Virus record (IMG/VR): IMGVR_UViG_3300030101_000994 | Span: 1-58,301 of that record | Reading direction: 5' to 3' (one strand) | DNA length: 58,301 nucleotides | From: a virus | Taxonomy: Duplodnaviria > Caudoviricetes | Shown: positions 36,622-46,099 of the stretch, in pieces | How positions within the stretch are numbered: position 1 is the stretch's first letter | How the letters are laid out: each line of letters opens with the position of its first letter | Program-made: the position numbers and the translations under genes | Notes under the pieces: generated by a model | The model's input: only the letters and a program-made list of their open reading frames with translations | What the model was told of the DNA's origin: nothing | Databases searched by the model: none

Positions 36622-38094
36622 ATGCAAAAAGAAAATTTACCTGTAGAAAAACTGAGGCTCGAAGTAGAGAGGCTCTTGTTAAAACACATCAAGTTATGTC
36701 AAGACAATTTTTTATATTTTGTACAAGAGATCTGGCCTGATTTTATATGTAGAAAAGAAAAAGAAAAAAGTAAGTGGGGACATCATCAGATTATTGCAAA
36801 TGAATTTACAAATATAGCAAAAGAAAGAAAAGGAAGGCTCATAATAAACATGCCTCCTAGACATACCAAATCAGAATTTGCTTCTGTTTATTTTCCAGCG
36901 TGGATCATAGGAAAGTATCCAAAATTAAAAATTATGCAAGTATCACACAATACAGAACTTGCAGTACGATTTGGAAGCAAGGTTCGTAATATTATTGACT
37001 CACCAGAGTACAAACAAATTTTTGGAGACGTAAAACTTCGTGAGGACTCCAAGGCAAAAGGAAGATGGGAAACTAATCAAGGTGGAGAATATTACGCCGC
37101 GGGCGTTGGTGCGAGTATCACGGGTCGTGGAGCTGATTTACTGATTATTGATGATCCACACACGGAACAAGATTCCATGTCTGATATGGCTATGGAACGT
37201 GCATACGATTGGTACACTTCAGGACCACGACAAAGATTACAACCTGGAGGCTCAATATTATTGGTAATGACAAGATGGGCTGAAGATGATTTGACAGGAC
37301 GATTGTTGAAGGCTCAAACGGAACCTAAAGCAGATACATGGCGACAAATTTCTTTTCCTGCGATCCTCGGATCTGGGAACCCAGTTTGGCCAGAGTATTG
37401 GGAACTAGAAGAATTAGAAAAGATAAAAGCTTCTGTTCCGATAAGAAACTGGTCAGCTCAATATATGCAAGAACCAACTTCCGAAGAAGGTGCGATCATT
37501 AAACGTGAATGGTGGCAACCTTGGGAGAAGGAAAGTATACCGAACTTAGTACACGTGATACAAAGTTATGACACAGCGTTTAGTAAAAAAGAAACAGCTG
37601 ACTATTCTGCGATTACGACTTGGGGTGTTTTTTATCCTGATGAGATTACACCAAATATTATTTTGTTAGATGCGATACGTGGCAAGTATGATTTTCCCGA
37701 GTTGAAAGTGGTAGCGTTAGATGCGTACAAATACTGGGAGCCCGAATCGGTGATCGTGGAACAAAAAGCAAGTGGCGAGCCGTTGACACAAGAGTTTCGC
37801 AGAATGGGTATTCCTGTGATTCCGTTTGTTCCTACACGAGGTAATGACAAACATGCACGAGTCAATTCTATTGCACCGTTGTTTGAAAGTGGTGCTGTGT
37901 GGTTTCCGTTTGGTGAAAAGTTTGCCGATGATGTGATTGACGAATGTGCTGCTTTTCCACACGGAGCAAATGACGATTATGTAGACTCTACGAGTCAGGC
38001 ACTTTTAAGGTACAGACAAGGCAACTTTGTTGAGTTATACTCAGACTATGTTGATGATTTTGATAGACCAGTAAAAAATTATAGTTATTATTAG
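36622..38094 (+). CDS. terL: Terminase large subunit
   Basis: NMPPRHTKS (Walker A), LLIIDDP (Walker B), VMTRW, SYDTA, DDYVDS nuclease motifs. Confidence 0.95.
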   Translation: MQKENLPVEKLRLEVERLLLKHIKLCQDNFLYFVQEIWPDFICRKEKEKSKWGHHQIIANEFTNIAKERKGRLIINMPPRHTKSEFASVYFPAWIIGKYPKLKIMQVSHNTELAVRFGSKVRNIIDSPEYKQIFGDVKLREDSKAKGRWETNQGGEYYAAGVGASITGRGADLLIIDDPHTEQDSMSDMAMERAYDWYTSGPRQRLQPGGSILLVMTRWAEDDLTGRLLKAQTEPKADTWRQISFPAILGSGNPVWPEYWELEELEKIKASVPIRNWSAQYMQEPTSEEGAIIKREWWQPWEKESIPNLVHVIQSYDTAFSKKETADYSAITTWGVFYPDEITPNIILLDAIRGKYDFPELKVVALDAYKYWEPESVIVEQKASGEPLTQEFRRMGIPVIPFVPTRGNDKHARVNSIAPLFESGAVWFPFGEKFADDVIDECAAFPHGANDDYVDSTSQALLRYRQGNFVELYSDYVDDFDRPVKNYSYY

Positions 38095-38201
38095 TCTATG
38101 AAAAGAAGAAGTAGTGATCTAGCACCTCTGAGTGAATGGGCAGGAAGATGGGCAGATTACAATTTATATCAACGATATGGAAAACTATGGAGAATAGTAA
38201 A

Positions 38202-38312
38202 ATGTTACAAAAACTTAAAACAATATTTCAAAAAATTAAAAAAAGACTTTTTGGTAAACTATGCGAATGTAAGCCAAAGAAAAGAGGCAGAGGTAGACCA
38301 AAAAAATCATGA
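38202..38312 (+). CDS. Small basic AT-hook protein (36 aa, not in ORF track)
   Basis: GGAG RBS; MLQKLKTIFQKIKKRLFGKLCECKPKKRGRGRPKKS; ATGA overlap with the next gene. Confidence 0.65.
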   Translation: MLQKLKTIFQKIKKRLFGKLCECKPKKRGRGRPKKS

Positions 38313-40849
38313 GTCTAAAGAAAAGAGGATTACGAGCTTTAGCAGATTTTTTTTCAAGAAGAAAAACTCCTGAAGCACCGCCGACACAAACAAGCACTGT
38401 TTCTACAGAGGCTCAGAGTTTAGAAGATGAGATCCGTAAAAGTCCTTTAACTAAAGAACGAGATCCGTTTTTACCAGCTCCACAAAAGCAAAGAGAGATA
38501 GCTCCATCAAGAGTGCGTCTTGAGCAAGAAGAACTTGATGAACAGATAAACTTATCGAAACAAAGAAGAAAACGAGCAGAAGAAAAACCTTTTGAGGATG
38601 TACACGTTTCACACAGAGGAGTATCTCCTGTAGAAGAATATTCTACAGTGCCTCGAGATGCGATGCCCTCGGGTTCTTCTTTGTATCAATACATATCTGC
38701 ACATCCTAGTGACAAACCACTAGCTGCAAAAGAATGGATTCGTTATTTAAAAAAAGGTATACAAAAAGGAGATCGTGTCAAAGTAGATAATCCTAATTTA
38801 AAAAATATAGATACAAGTATATCAAAAGAAGAACTTGCTGATTCTAATTTATTAGTATTAGAACCTGCTACAATAAAACCTACTTTTCGTTTAAAAAAAT
38901 TTGATACCAAACCCATAGATACTCCATCAAAGTTTGAAGAAAATTTAGAAGTGGGAGGGTATTTAAAAAGTGCAGAGAGTATAAATGCAAAATTAACAAA
39001 AGAAGAATTGTTAGGTATGGTTGCAGATCAACCAATGGCAAGAGCAAAAGTTACAGTTTTGGGATACCAAAATGTTCCTCAAATTGTAAAAGCAATTGAT
39101 GACGGACATGAAAAATTATTAGAACTAGGAACAAAAAATAATGCAATCATTAACAAAGCTATAGACGATGTTGATTCATTTGTAAATTTAACCGCACAAC
39201 AAAAGGAAGCTCTCAAAGCTAACTTAATGAATTTATTAGTTGTACCTACTTCAAGGTCAGGAGGAGTTACACCTTTTACTGCAATTCAAACACTTATTAA
39301 AGAAGGTAATCAAGTTAGTTTAAAACCTGCTGAAGTGGATGTTATGTTTGAATCAGCCATAAGACATTTATATGATAATTTACCATCTGAAGATAATCTA
39401 TTAAAACAAATTAAACTTCCTGGAAATAATCAAAGATTTGGAGAATTGTTTGGTGAAAATAAAAAAATGCTAGATACGCTTTTTTTATCTGGAGGAACAG
39501 ATTTAGGAGAAGCTTTTACTATACAAAAAGAAATAAAAAAAATTGCAGAGAGAACTAAAGATGATGTTGTAGGATCATTTTCTAATCCAAAATTTTTTCC
39601 TTCTGTTTATGGAAACGCTTCTTCCTATCGTATAACAGGTGGAGAAGAGTATATAGAATTTGTTACAAGAGTTCCTGATCCACAAGGAGTGATTGTTCGG
39701 TCAGGGGGACATTACGGTACTTTAACAGGACCTGATGGAGTGGCACAAAATTTACGACAACAAGCTTTGGCACATACAAGAGGACATATACGTTTTACAA
39801 AAGATGGTAAAAAAGTTTTTCTTATTGATGAACACCAGTTAGATAAGCAACAAAAGATAGGAGTGAAACTTGCACGTAAACCAGAACTAAGAAGATTAAA
39901 TCCGTACAACAGAGATTACTTTGATAATGTGGCTGGTTCACCAACTGAATCTTTAGTTACTGCACAAAAGAAAAAGTTACTAGAACAAATGACAAAATTA
40001 GACAAAGGTGTGCGAACAAGTGATGCAGACTTACAAGAAATAGAACGCATACGAGATCGTTTAGCAAATGTAGACGGACAGAAAAAATTCCATAACTTAG
40101 ATAATAATATGTTTGTTGAGGAATATAACAAGTTACTGAATCAAGAAGGTATAGAGTATCAACCTATGTTGCAAGAACATAGAAACTATACCATAAAAAT
40201 GTTATCAAAATATTTTGCAAAAGAAAGACCAGACATAGATTATATAGGCGTGGTTCCTTCTGAAATAAGTGGTGCTGCAAAAGGCCGAGGAACTGCTGCT
40301 GACTTTTCTCAATATGGAACTTTCTTAGGTAAAGCTGGTGCTAGACTAGATGGTAAAGTTTTGCGAGGACAAAGTTCAGGTACAAGTTCTGAAAGAAGAT
40401 TAACAAAACCTGATCAAGATTCTAGTTTTATGAAAGCGATGAAAAGTTTTGCAAAAAATTATAATGGCAAAATTGTAAAAGTAGATGTGGCACGAAGCGA
40501 TCCTAAAAAACAATATAAAGTATTAGCTAGAGAGAAAGCAAACACAAATACAGAAGGTTCTGATTTAGTAGAACAAAGATTAAAAGGAATGAAAATACAA
40601 GCACATGGCCCGATGACAGAACCTTATGTAGAACATCTTGGTGCGTTTAAAACTGATGCAGAAGCAGAATCGTTTAAAAATTTAGCAGGAATAAGTGGAA
40701 CTAAGTCTATAATACCTGATTCTAGTGCTACATCCAGATCATTGTATGACAAATATATTTTACTAGAACTGCCAAAAGATTTGGACAAAACTCCTGTGAA
40801 GATATATAAAAGCAAAGGGGGTCTAGTCGTAGACCTATTTAAATGGTAG
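38309..40849 (+). CDS. Large hypothetical protein between TerL and portal
   Basis: 846 aa; AHTR...DGKKVFLIDEHQLD motif; C-terminal YKSKGGLV. Confidence 0.7.
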   Translation: MSLKKRGLRALADFFSRRKTPEAPPTQTSTVSTEAQSLEDEIRKSPLTKERDPFLPAPQKQREIAPSRVRLEQEELDEQINLSKQRRKRAEEKPFEDVHVSHRGVSPVEEYSTVPRDAMPSGSSLYQYISAHPSDKPLAAKEWIRYLKKGIQKGDRVKVDNPNLKNIDTSISKEELADSNLLVLEPATIKPTFRLKKFDTKPIDTPSKFEENLEVGGYLKSAESINAKLTKEELLGMVADQPMARAKVTVLGYQNVPQIVKAIDDGHEKLLELGTKNNAIINKAIDDVDSFVNLTAQQKEALKANLMNLLVVPTSRSGGVTPFTAIQTLIKEGNQVSLKPAEVDVMFESAIRHLYDNLPSEDNLLKQIKLPGNNQRFGELFGENKKMLDTLFLSGGTDLGEAFTIQKEIKKIAERTKDDVVGSFSNPKFFPSVYGNASSYRITGGEEYIEFVTRVPDPQGVIVRSGGHYGTLTGPDGVAQNLRQQALAHTRGHIRFTKDGKKVFLIDEHQLDKQQKIGVKLARKPELRRLNPYNRDYFDNVAGSPTESLVTAQKKKLLEQMTKLDKGVRTSDADLQEIERIRDRLANVDGQKKFHNLDNNMFVEEYNKLLNQEGIEYQPMLQEHRNYTIKMLSKYFAKERPDIDYIGVVPSEISGAAKGRGTAADFSQYGTFLGKAGARLDGKVLRGQSSGTSSERRLTKPDQDSSFMKAMKSFAKNYNGKIVKVDVARSDPKKQYKVLAREKANTNTEGSDLVEQRLKGMKIQAHGPMTEPYVEHLGAFKTDAEAESFKNLAGISGTKSIIPDSSATSRSLYDKYILLELPKDLDKTPVKIYKSKGGLVVDLFKW

Positions 40850-40873
40850 ACTATATATAATTCAGGAGTTTCT

Positions 40874-41881
40874 ATGGGTTCAAAATATAAAATAGGAAAA
40901 GCTTTTTATTCAGAAATAAAAGAAAGTATTGGTGACTTAGGTAGAAGATATAGAAAAGAAACTGGTAAAAAAAGAGCTAGTATTGAGGATAAAGAGTTTA
41001 GAAAAATAATACAAGACAGAGTCAATAGAACACTTGAAGCTGATCGTTATGTAAAAAAATCCTTAAATGGTAGTACAAAAAAATATAATGAATTAATGAA
41101 AGTTAGAGATAAATTTAGTGGTGGAGGCACAATGAATAAGAAAAAGAAAAAAACAAAAGATCCTTTAGTAAAAAAATATGAAAGAATTAGAAACACAATA
41201 ATCGCTGCACCAGAGGTACAAGCGTTAGGTGAAGTCGTTAACGACTTGATTGGCATAGGAGGTTTTGATGATGGTGGTCTTAATGAAGGTATTAAATCAG
41301 TAAAAGCTAGTGAGAAACAAGCAGCTCCAGCAAGAAAAGCTGGGCAGATGCAAGCAGCTCCAGCAAGAAAAGCTGGGCAGATGCAAGCACCTCCCTCTGT
41401 AAGACCAAGTAAAAAACAACTTATACCACTAGACAAAATTAAAGGCAGAAGAAAACCTCTAGCCGATTTTAAAAGCAAAATGAAAAGAGCAAATGGTGGT
41501 TTGTTAAAAAAAGATAAAGCAAAATTGTCAAAAAAAGATAAAGCAAAACTAGCTGCATTAAAAACATATAGAAGAATAGCTCCTGCTGGTTCTGTAGCTG
41601 AAAGTGTGTATACTAAAATTACGGGAAAAAGAATACCTAGTGCATCTGATGTTTTTGGTAAACAATATAATATAAAAGGAAAACCCATTGGTAAAAATAA
41701 AATGAAAAGAGCAGAGGGTGGTTTTACGGATAATAGAAAAAAAATAGATAAGGCTCCTCCTTTTGGAGTTATTAATGCAGATGATTTTAAAGCCTTAAAA
41801 GCTATGAAAAAAAAATCAAATGGCGGATCTATTATGGTGCCAGTAAAGATGGGAAAAAATAAAATAACTAAAATAATGTAA
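40874..41881 (+). CDS. Very basic modular protein punctuated by xxGG motifs
   Basis: AGGAG RBS; FSGGG, FDDGG, RANGG, RAEGG, KSNGG. Confidence 0.7.
   Translation: MGSKYKIGKAFYSEIKESIGDLGRRYRKETGKKRASIEDKEFRKIIQDRVNRTLEADRYVKKSLNGSTKKYNELMKVRDKFSGGGTMNKKKKKTKDPLVKKYERIRNTIIAAPEVQALGEVVNDLIGIGGFDDGGLNEGIKSVKASEKQAAPARKAGQMQAAPARKAGQMQAPPSVRPSKKQLIPLDKIKGRRKPLADFKSKMKRANGGLLKKDKAKLSKKDKAKLAALKTYRRIAPAGSVAESVYTKITGKRIPSASDVFGKQYNIKGKPIGKNKMKRAEGGFTDNRKKIDKAPPFGVINADDFKALKAMKKKSNGGSIMVPVKMGKNKITKIM
41318..41389 (+). repeat. Perfect 33-bp tandem duplication (QAAPARKAGQM x2)
   Basis: CAAGCAGCTCCAGCAAGAAAAGCTGGGCAGATG at 41318 and 41351. Confidence 0.9.
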
Positions 41882-41885
41882 CTAT

Positions 41886-44240
41886 ATGGTTGATGCAAAT
41901 TTAAATCCTGAGATTGAAGAAGAGGAGGTTGCACCTGAAGGTTTACCTGAAGTAGAAATAGAAGAAGAGGTAGAACAAGAAGAGCAACAAGAAACACAAG
42001 ATTTTAGTGAAGAACAAGAAGCAATAGAATTTTTTTCTAATTTAGCAGAAGAATTAGACGAGAGAGTTTTATCTTCGTTAGCTAACGATCTTATAGCAGA
42101 TTATAAAAAAGATAAAGAATCCAGAAGCGATTGGGAACAAGCGTACATTAAAGGATTAGACTTACTCGGTTTTAAATACACAGAAGAAGCAGGTCCTTTT
42201 TTGGGAGCATCCTCTGTTACACATCCTTTACTAGCAGAATCTATTACACAGTTTCAAGCACAAGCCTATAAAGAATTATTACCAGCTAATGGCCCGGTAA
42301 AAACACAAGTGGTAGGAGAACGAACAGCTGAAAGAAATGAACAAGCTCAAAGAGTAAAAGAATTCATGAACTATATGTTGACAGATAAAATGGAAGAATA
42401 CACTCCTGAGTTTGATCAGATGTTATTTTATTTACCCTTAGCAGGTTCTGCATTTAAAAAAGTTTATTATGATGAAGTGATGCAAAGAGCAGTAAGTAAA
42501 TTTGTTCCTGCTGAAGATTTAATTGTTCCGTATTATGCTACTGATTTGAGAGACTGCGATAGAATTACACACATTTTAAAAATGAGTGAAAATGACATTC
42601 TAAAAAAACAACGTGCAGGATTTTATAGAGATATAGATATTTTACCATCAAGAAGTGATGATGATGAAGTGCAATCTAAATATGATTCTATTGAGGGAGT
42701 ATCTGATACACAAGATACAGATTACCAATTTAATGTTTTAGAGATGCACGTAGATTTAGATATGGATGAATATGAGGTTGAAGATTCAGAGAAAAATGTA
42801 AAGCTTCCTTACATTGTAACTATTGATGAAGGATCACAAGAAATACTTTCTATCTACAGAAATTACAATATGAACGATACCACTTACAAAAGAAAAGATT
42901 TCTTTGTTCATTTTAAGTTTTTACCAGGTTTGGGATTCTATGGGTTTGGTTTAATTCATATGATTGGTGGATTATCTAGAGCGGCAACTGCCGCATTAAG
43001 ACAATTACTTGATGCGGGTACGTTAAGTAATTTACCAGCTGGATTTAAATCAAGAGGTATGCGAGTAAGAGATGACGATCAACCTTTTCAGCCCGGGGAG
43101 TTTAGAGATGTGGATGCACCAGGTGGAAACATAAGAGATCAATTTTTACCTCTACCTTTTAAAGAGCCTAGCACTACCTTGTTTAATCTTTTAGGATTTG
43201 TAGTACAAGCTGGTCAAAGATTTGCAGCGATTGCAGATTTACAAACAGGTAATGATAAACAAAATAGAGCAGTCGGATCTACACTAGCTTTGTTAGAACG
43301 TGGTTCAAGGGTTATGAGTGCAATACACAAGCGTTGTTATTACTCTATGCGACAAGAATTTAAATTATTATCTGTAGTATTTGGAACATATTTACCACCT
43401 GTGTATCCTTATGCAGTATATGGCGGTAATCGTTTTGTTAAACTAACCGACTTTAGTCAAGAAGTAGATGTGTTACCTGTAGCAGATCCAGATGTGTTTT
43501 CTTTATCACAAAGATTTACGATGGCTCAAGCACAATTACAAATCGCATCAAGTAATCCTGCGATGCACGATATGAGAGAAGCTTATTATAGGGTGTACGA
43601 AGCACTTGGCACTAAACAAATTAATAGTTTGTTGAAACCATCTACTAAACCTAAACCTACAGATCCTGCTATTGAAAACAGTAATGCAATGAAAGGTATG
43701 CCAATACAAGCTTTTGCTGACCAAGATCATGATGCACACATAGGAGCACATATAGCTTTTATGCAAACTCGTATGGTTCAGGTAAATCCAGCTGTATATG
43801 GAGCCTTACAAGCTCATATTATGGAACACATATCTTTCAAAGCCAGAGCTTTAGTGTTATTAGACTTACAACAAGATGCAAAGTTAAGTCAGTTAGCTCA
43901 AACTGATCCAAAAAGATTTGAAATTATTACAGAATCTAAAATAGCACAAACAATTAATGAATTAACACAAGGTTTAGCAGAGTTAGAAATGGGTACAACT
44001 AAGCCAGATCCATTAGTTGCTCTCAAACAAAGAGAATTAGATCTGAGAGCTTTAGATATTCAACGTAGACAAGCAGAATTTGCTACAACAGAGCAAAGAA
44101 AAATAGACGAATTTGAAGAAAAGATTGATTTAGATAAATTAAAAAGAGAAGATCAAGAGTTTCAAGCTCAAGAACGTATTAGAGTAGCTGATGATAAGGT
44201 AGATATAGCAAGGACAAAGGCAAATGAAACAAAAAAGTAA
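41886..44240 (+). CDS. Portal protein
   Basis: FFSNLAE, HPLLAES..QFQAQAY, LPLAGSAFKKVYYD, LPGLGFYGFG, RQLLDAGTLSNLP; C-terminal coiled coil. Confidence 0.85.
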   Translation: MVDANLNPEIEEEEVAPEGLPEVEIEEEVEQEEQQETQDFSEEQEAIEFFSNLAEELDERVLSSLANDLIADYKKDKESRSDWEQAYIKGLDLLGFKYTEEAGPFLGASSVTHPLLAESITQFQAQAYKELLPANGPVKTQVVGERTAERNEQAQRVKEFMNYMLTDKMEEYTPEFDQMLFYLPLAGSAFKKVYYDEVMQRAVSKFVPAEDLIVPYYATDLRDCDRITHILKMSENDILKKQRAGFYRDIDILPSRSDDDEVQSKYDSIEGVSDTQDTDYQFNVLEMHVDLDMDEYEVEDSEKNVKLPYIVTIDEGSQEILSIYRNYNMNDTTYKRKDFFVHFKFLPGLGFYGFGLIHMIGGLSRAATAALRQLLDAGTLSNLPAGFKSRGMRVRDDDQPFQPGEFRDVDAPGGNIRDQFLPLPFKEPSTTLFNLLGFVVQAGQRFAAIADLQTGNDKQNRAVGSTLALLERGSRVMSAIHKRCYYSMRQEFKLLSVVFGTYLPPVYPYAVYGGNRFVKLTDFSQEVDVLPVADPDVFSLSQRFTMAQAQLQIASSNPAMHDMREAYYRVYEALGTKQINSLLKPSTKPKPTDPAIENSNAMKGMPIQAFADQDHDAHIGAHIAFMQTRMVQVNPAVYGALQAHIMEHISFKARALVLLDLQQDAKLSQLAQTDPKRFEIITESKIAQTINELTQGLAELEMGTTKPDPLVALKQRELDLRALDIQRRQAEFATTEQRKIDEFEEKIDLDKLKREDQEFQAQERIRVADDKVDIARTKANETKK

Positions 44241-44865
44241 AAAAAAATCTATTAATAGGTTAGAAATGTTAAAACTTGGTCAAACTTTAATGGCTAGTAA
44301 ACAGCGAAGCAATTTAGATCGTAATAAAATACCTTCTATGTCAGAATTAGTAGCAAAAATTAAAAGAAAACAACAATCTGGCAGAGGTAAATTGTTTCCT
44401 ATGCCTTATGAACAACCCCAAACAGCAAAAAACGGTAAAATTTTTAAAATACCAGATTATAAAGTAGGAAAAAACTTGTCTTTTACAGCAAAAGGAGATG
44501 TAAAAGTAAAAAAAAGAATACAACCAAGAACACAAGCTGAAGTTACATACAACGTTAAAGATAAAAAAGTAAAAAATGTTAATTTAAAAAGTGTTGTGGG
44601 CAATGGTCTGTTAAATATTTCAAAAGGTAAAGACAATACAACGTTAAATTACTCAAAAAAGCTGTTAGATGGTAATCTTAGTATTAATGTAGGAGCATCT
44701 AAAGGAAAACGCAACACATCAGTAGGTTTTGGTATAACAAAAAAATTTAAAACAGGAAATGCTGTAAATAGTAGTTGTCCTTACAGAGAAAATGGTGTAA
44801 GAACTGCTATTAAGGGTATTAAACCCGTACAGGTTAAAGGCGTTAAATTTACAGGAGTAAAATAA
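44224..44865 (+). CDS. Basic hypothetical protein
   Basis: K-rich, with a beta-strand repeat region; C-terminus QVKGVKFTGVK. Confidence 0.6.
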   Translation: MKQKSKKKSINRLEMLKLGQTLMASKQRSNLDRNKIPSMSELVAKIKRKQQSGRGKLFPMPYEQPQTAKNGKIFKIPDYKVGKNLSFTAKGDVKVKKRIQPRTQAEVTYNVKDKKVKNVNLKSVVGNGLLNISKGKDNTTLNYSKKLLDGNLSINVGASKGKRNTSVGFGITKKFKTGNAVNSSCPYRENGVRTAIKGIKPVQVKGVKFTGVK

Positions 44866-45254
44866 TGGCACTTACTGCATTAATAGGACCAGCAACTAAA
44901 CTTATAGGAAAATTTGTAAGAGATAAAGATAAGCAAGCTCAACTTGCACACGAAATATCCACTATGGCAGAAAAACACGCACAAGAATTATCCTTACAAC
45001 AAATAGAAATTAACAAAGCAGAGGCAAAAGGCAATTGGTTTCAATCATCGTGGAGACCCCTTGTTGGTTGGATAGCCGCAATATCTTTAGGGGTAAATTA
45101 TTTAATTTCACCTATTTGTGCTGGATTTGGTATTACTATCCCACAAGCTGATATGTCTGTAATGATGCCTTTATTACTAGGTATGCTCGGTCTTGGCGGC
45201 CTTAGGTCATTTGATAAGTTGAAAAAGACGGATACTAAAATACTGAAAAAGTAA
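44865..45254 (+). CDS. Holin (3TM / GTA-holin-like)
   Basis: INKAEA, WRPLVGW, LLGMLGLGGLRSFDK. Confidence 0.75.
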   Translation: MALTALIGPATKLIGKFVRDKDKQAQLAHEISTMAEKHAQELSLQQIEINKAEAKGNWFQSSWRPLVGWIAAISLGVNYLISPICAGFGITIPQADMSVMMPLLLGMLGLGGLRSFDKLKKTDTKILKK

Positions 45255-45499
45255 TGATAAAAAAAATTCATATCAACCAACACATAATTAGACGCAATAA
45301 AAAAAATAACACGACTGAACCAGTTATTACTATTAAGACATCTAAAAATAATTATTACGCAGATGAAGTAGAGATAAAAGGCAAATGCACTGTTAAGTAT
45401 AGTCCTACTAAACCTTTATCTTGTGGAGCAAGAGTCTGGATTGAAACAAAAGATGAAGTAATTATGAACAACAGTGATTTTTTGACTAAAATTTTGTAA
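45254..45499 (+). CDS. Hypothetical protein
   Basis: IHINQH..PVITIK..PLSCGARVWIET. Confidence 0.7.
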   Translation: MIKKIHINQHIIRRNKKNNTTEPVITIKTSKNNYYADEVEIKGKCTVKYSPTKPLSCGARVWIETKDEVIMNNSDFLTKIL

Positions 45500-45687
45500 T
45501 GTACGATATAGATACTATTCAAGTTCTACGAGCAAAAATAAGAGATAATTTAGAGAAATACAAAGAAGATGTCATCTATGGTGTAGACACAATGGAAAAC
45601 TTGCAATATGCTAGAGGTAGGATCAACGCATTAGAAACGTTGCTTCAGGATTTAAATGACCTGCAAAAGAAAGAAGAAAACTTATGA
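45499..45687 (+). CDS. Hypothetical protein preceding GroES
   Basis: Helical; QYARGRINAL. Confidence 0.7.
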   Translation: MYDIDTIQVLRAKIRDNLEKYKEDVIYGVDTMENLQYARGRINALETLLQDLNDLQKKEENL

Positions 45688-46091
45688 CTACGATTAACTT
45701 AAAAAGACGAGCCGAAGTTAAGATACCAAAAACACCACAAGAAACAGAAGAATATTTAGATACGATACCAGATCCAGTAGGATATAGACTACTTGTTAGA
45801 CCTTGGACTGGTAAAGCTAAAACTGATGGTGGTATTATACTTACAGATAAAACTCAAGAAACCAGAGAGATTACTACAGTCGTGGGACTTGTGGTTAAAA
45901 TGGGAGAACTTTGTTACAAAGATAAAACTAAGTTTCCTGAAGGACCTTGGTGTAAGGAGGGACAGTTTGTAATTTACGGAAGGTATGCTGGTGCTAGATT
46001 TAAAACTAATTATGGAGAGCACCGTATTTTGAACGATGACGAAATCATTGGAACTATTAAGAAACCCGAGGACATACTCGCATTATTTTAG
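45684..46091 (+). CDS. groES: Co-chaperonin GroES-like protein
   Basis: PVGYRLLVRP, KTDGGIIL, PWCKEG, YAG, ILNDDEIIG. Confidence 0.85.
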   Translation: MTTINLKRRAEVKIPKTPQETEEYLDTIPDPVGYRLLVRPWTGKAKTDGGIILTDKTQETREITTVVGLVVKMGELCYKDKTKFPEGPWCKEGQFVIYGRYAGARFKTNYGEHRILNDDEIIGTIKKPEDILALF

Positions 46092-46099
46092 GAGGTAAT

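Noticed and set aside
38098-38373. 91-aa track ORF
   Set aside because: No clear RBS. It overlaps the better-supported 38202..38312 ORF (RBS, ATGA coupling) and the start of 38309.
41047-41997. 316-aa minus-strand ORF
   Set aside because: Antisense shadow of Lys-rich 40874 (F/L-rich mirror composition); no expression signals seen.
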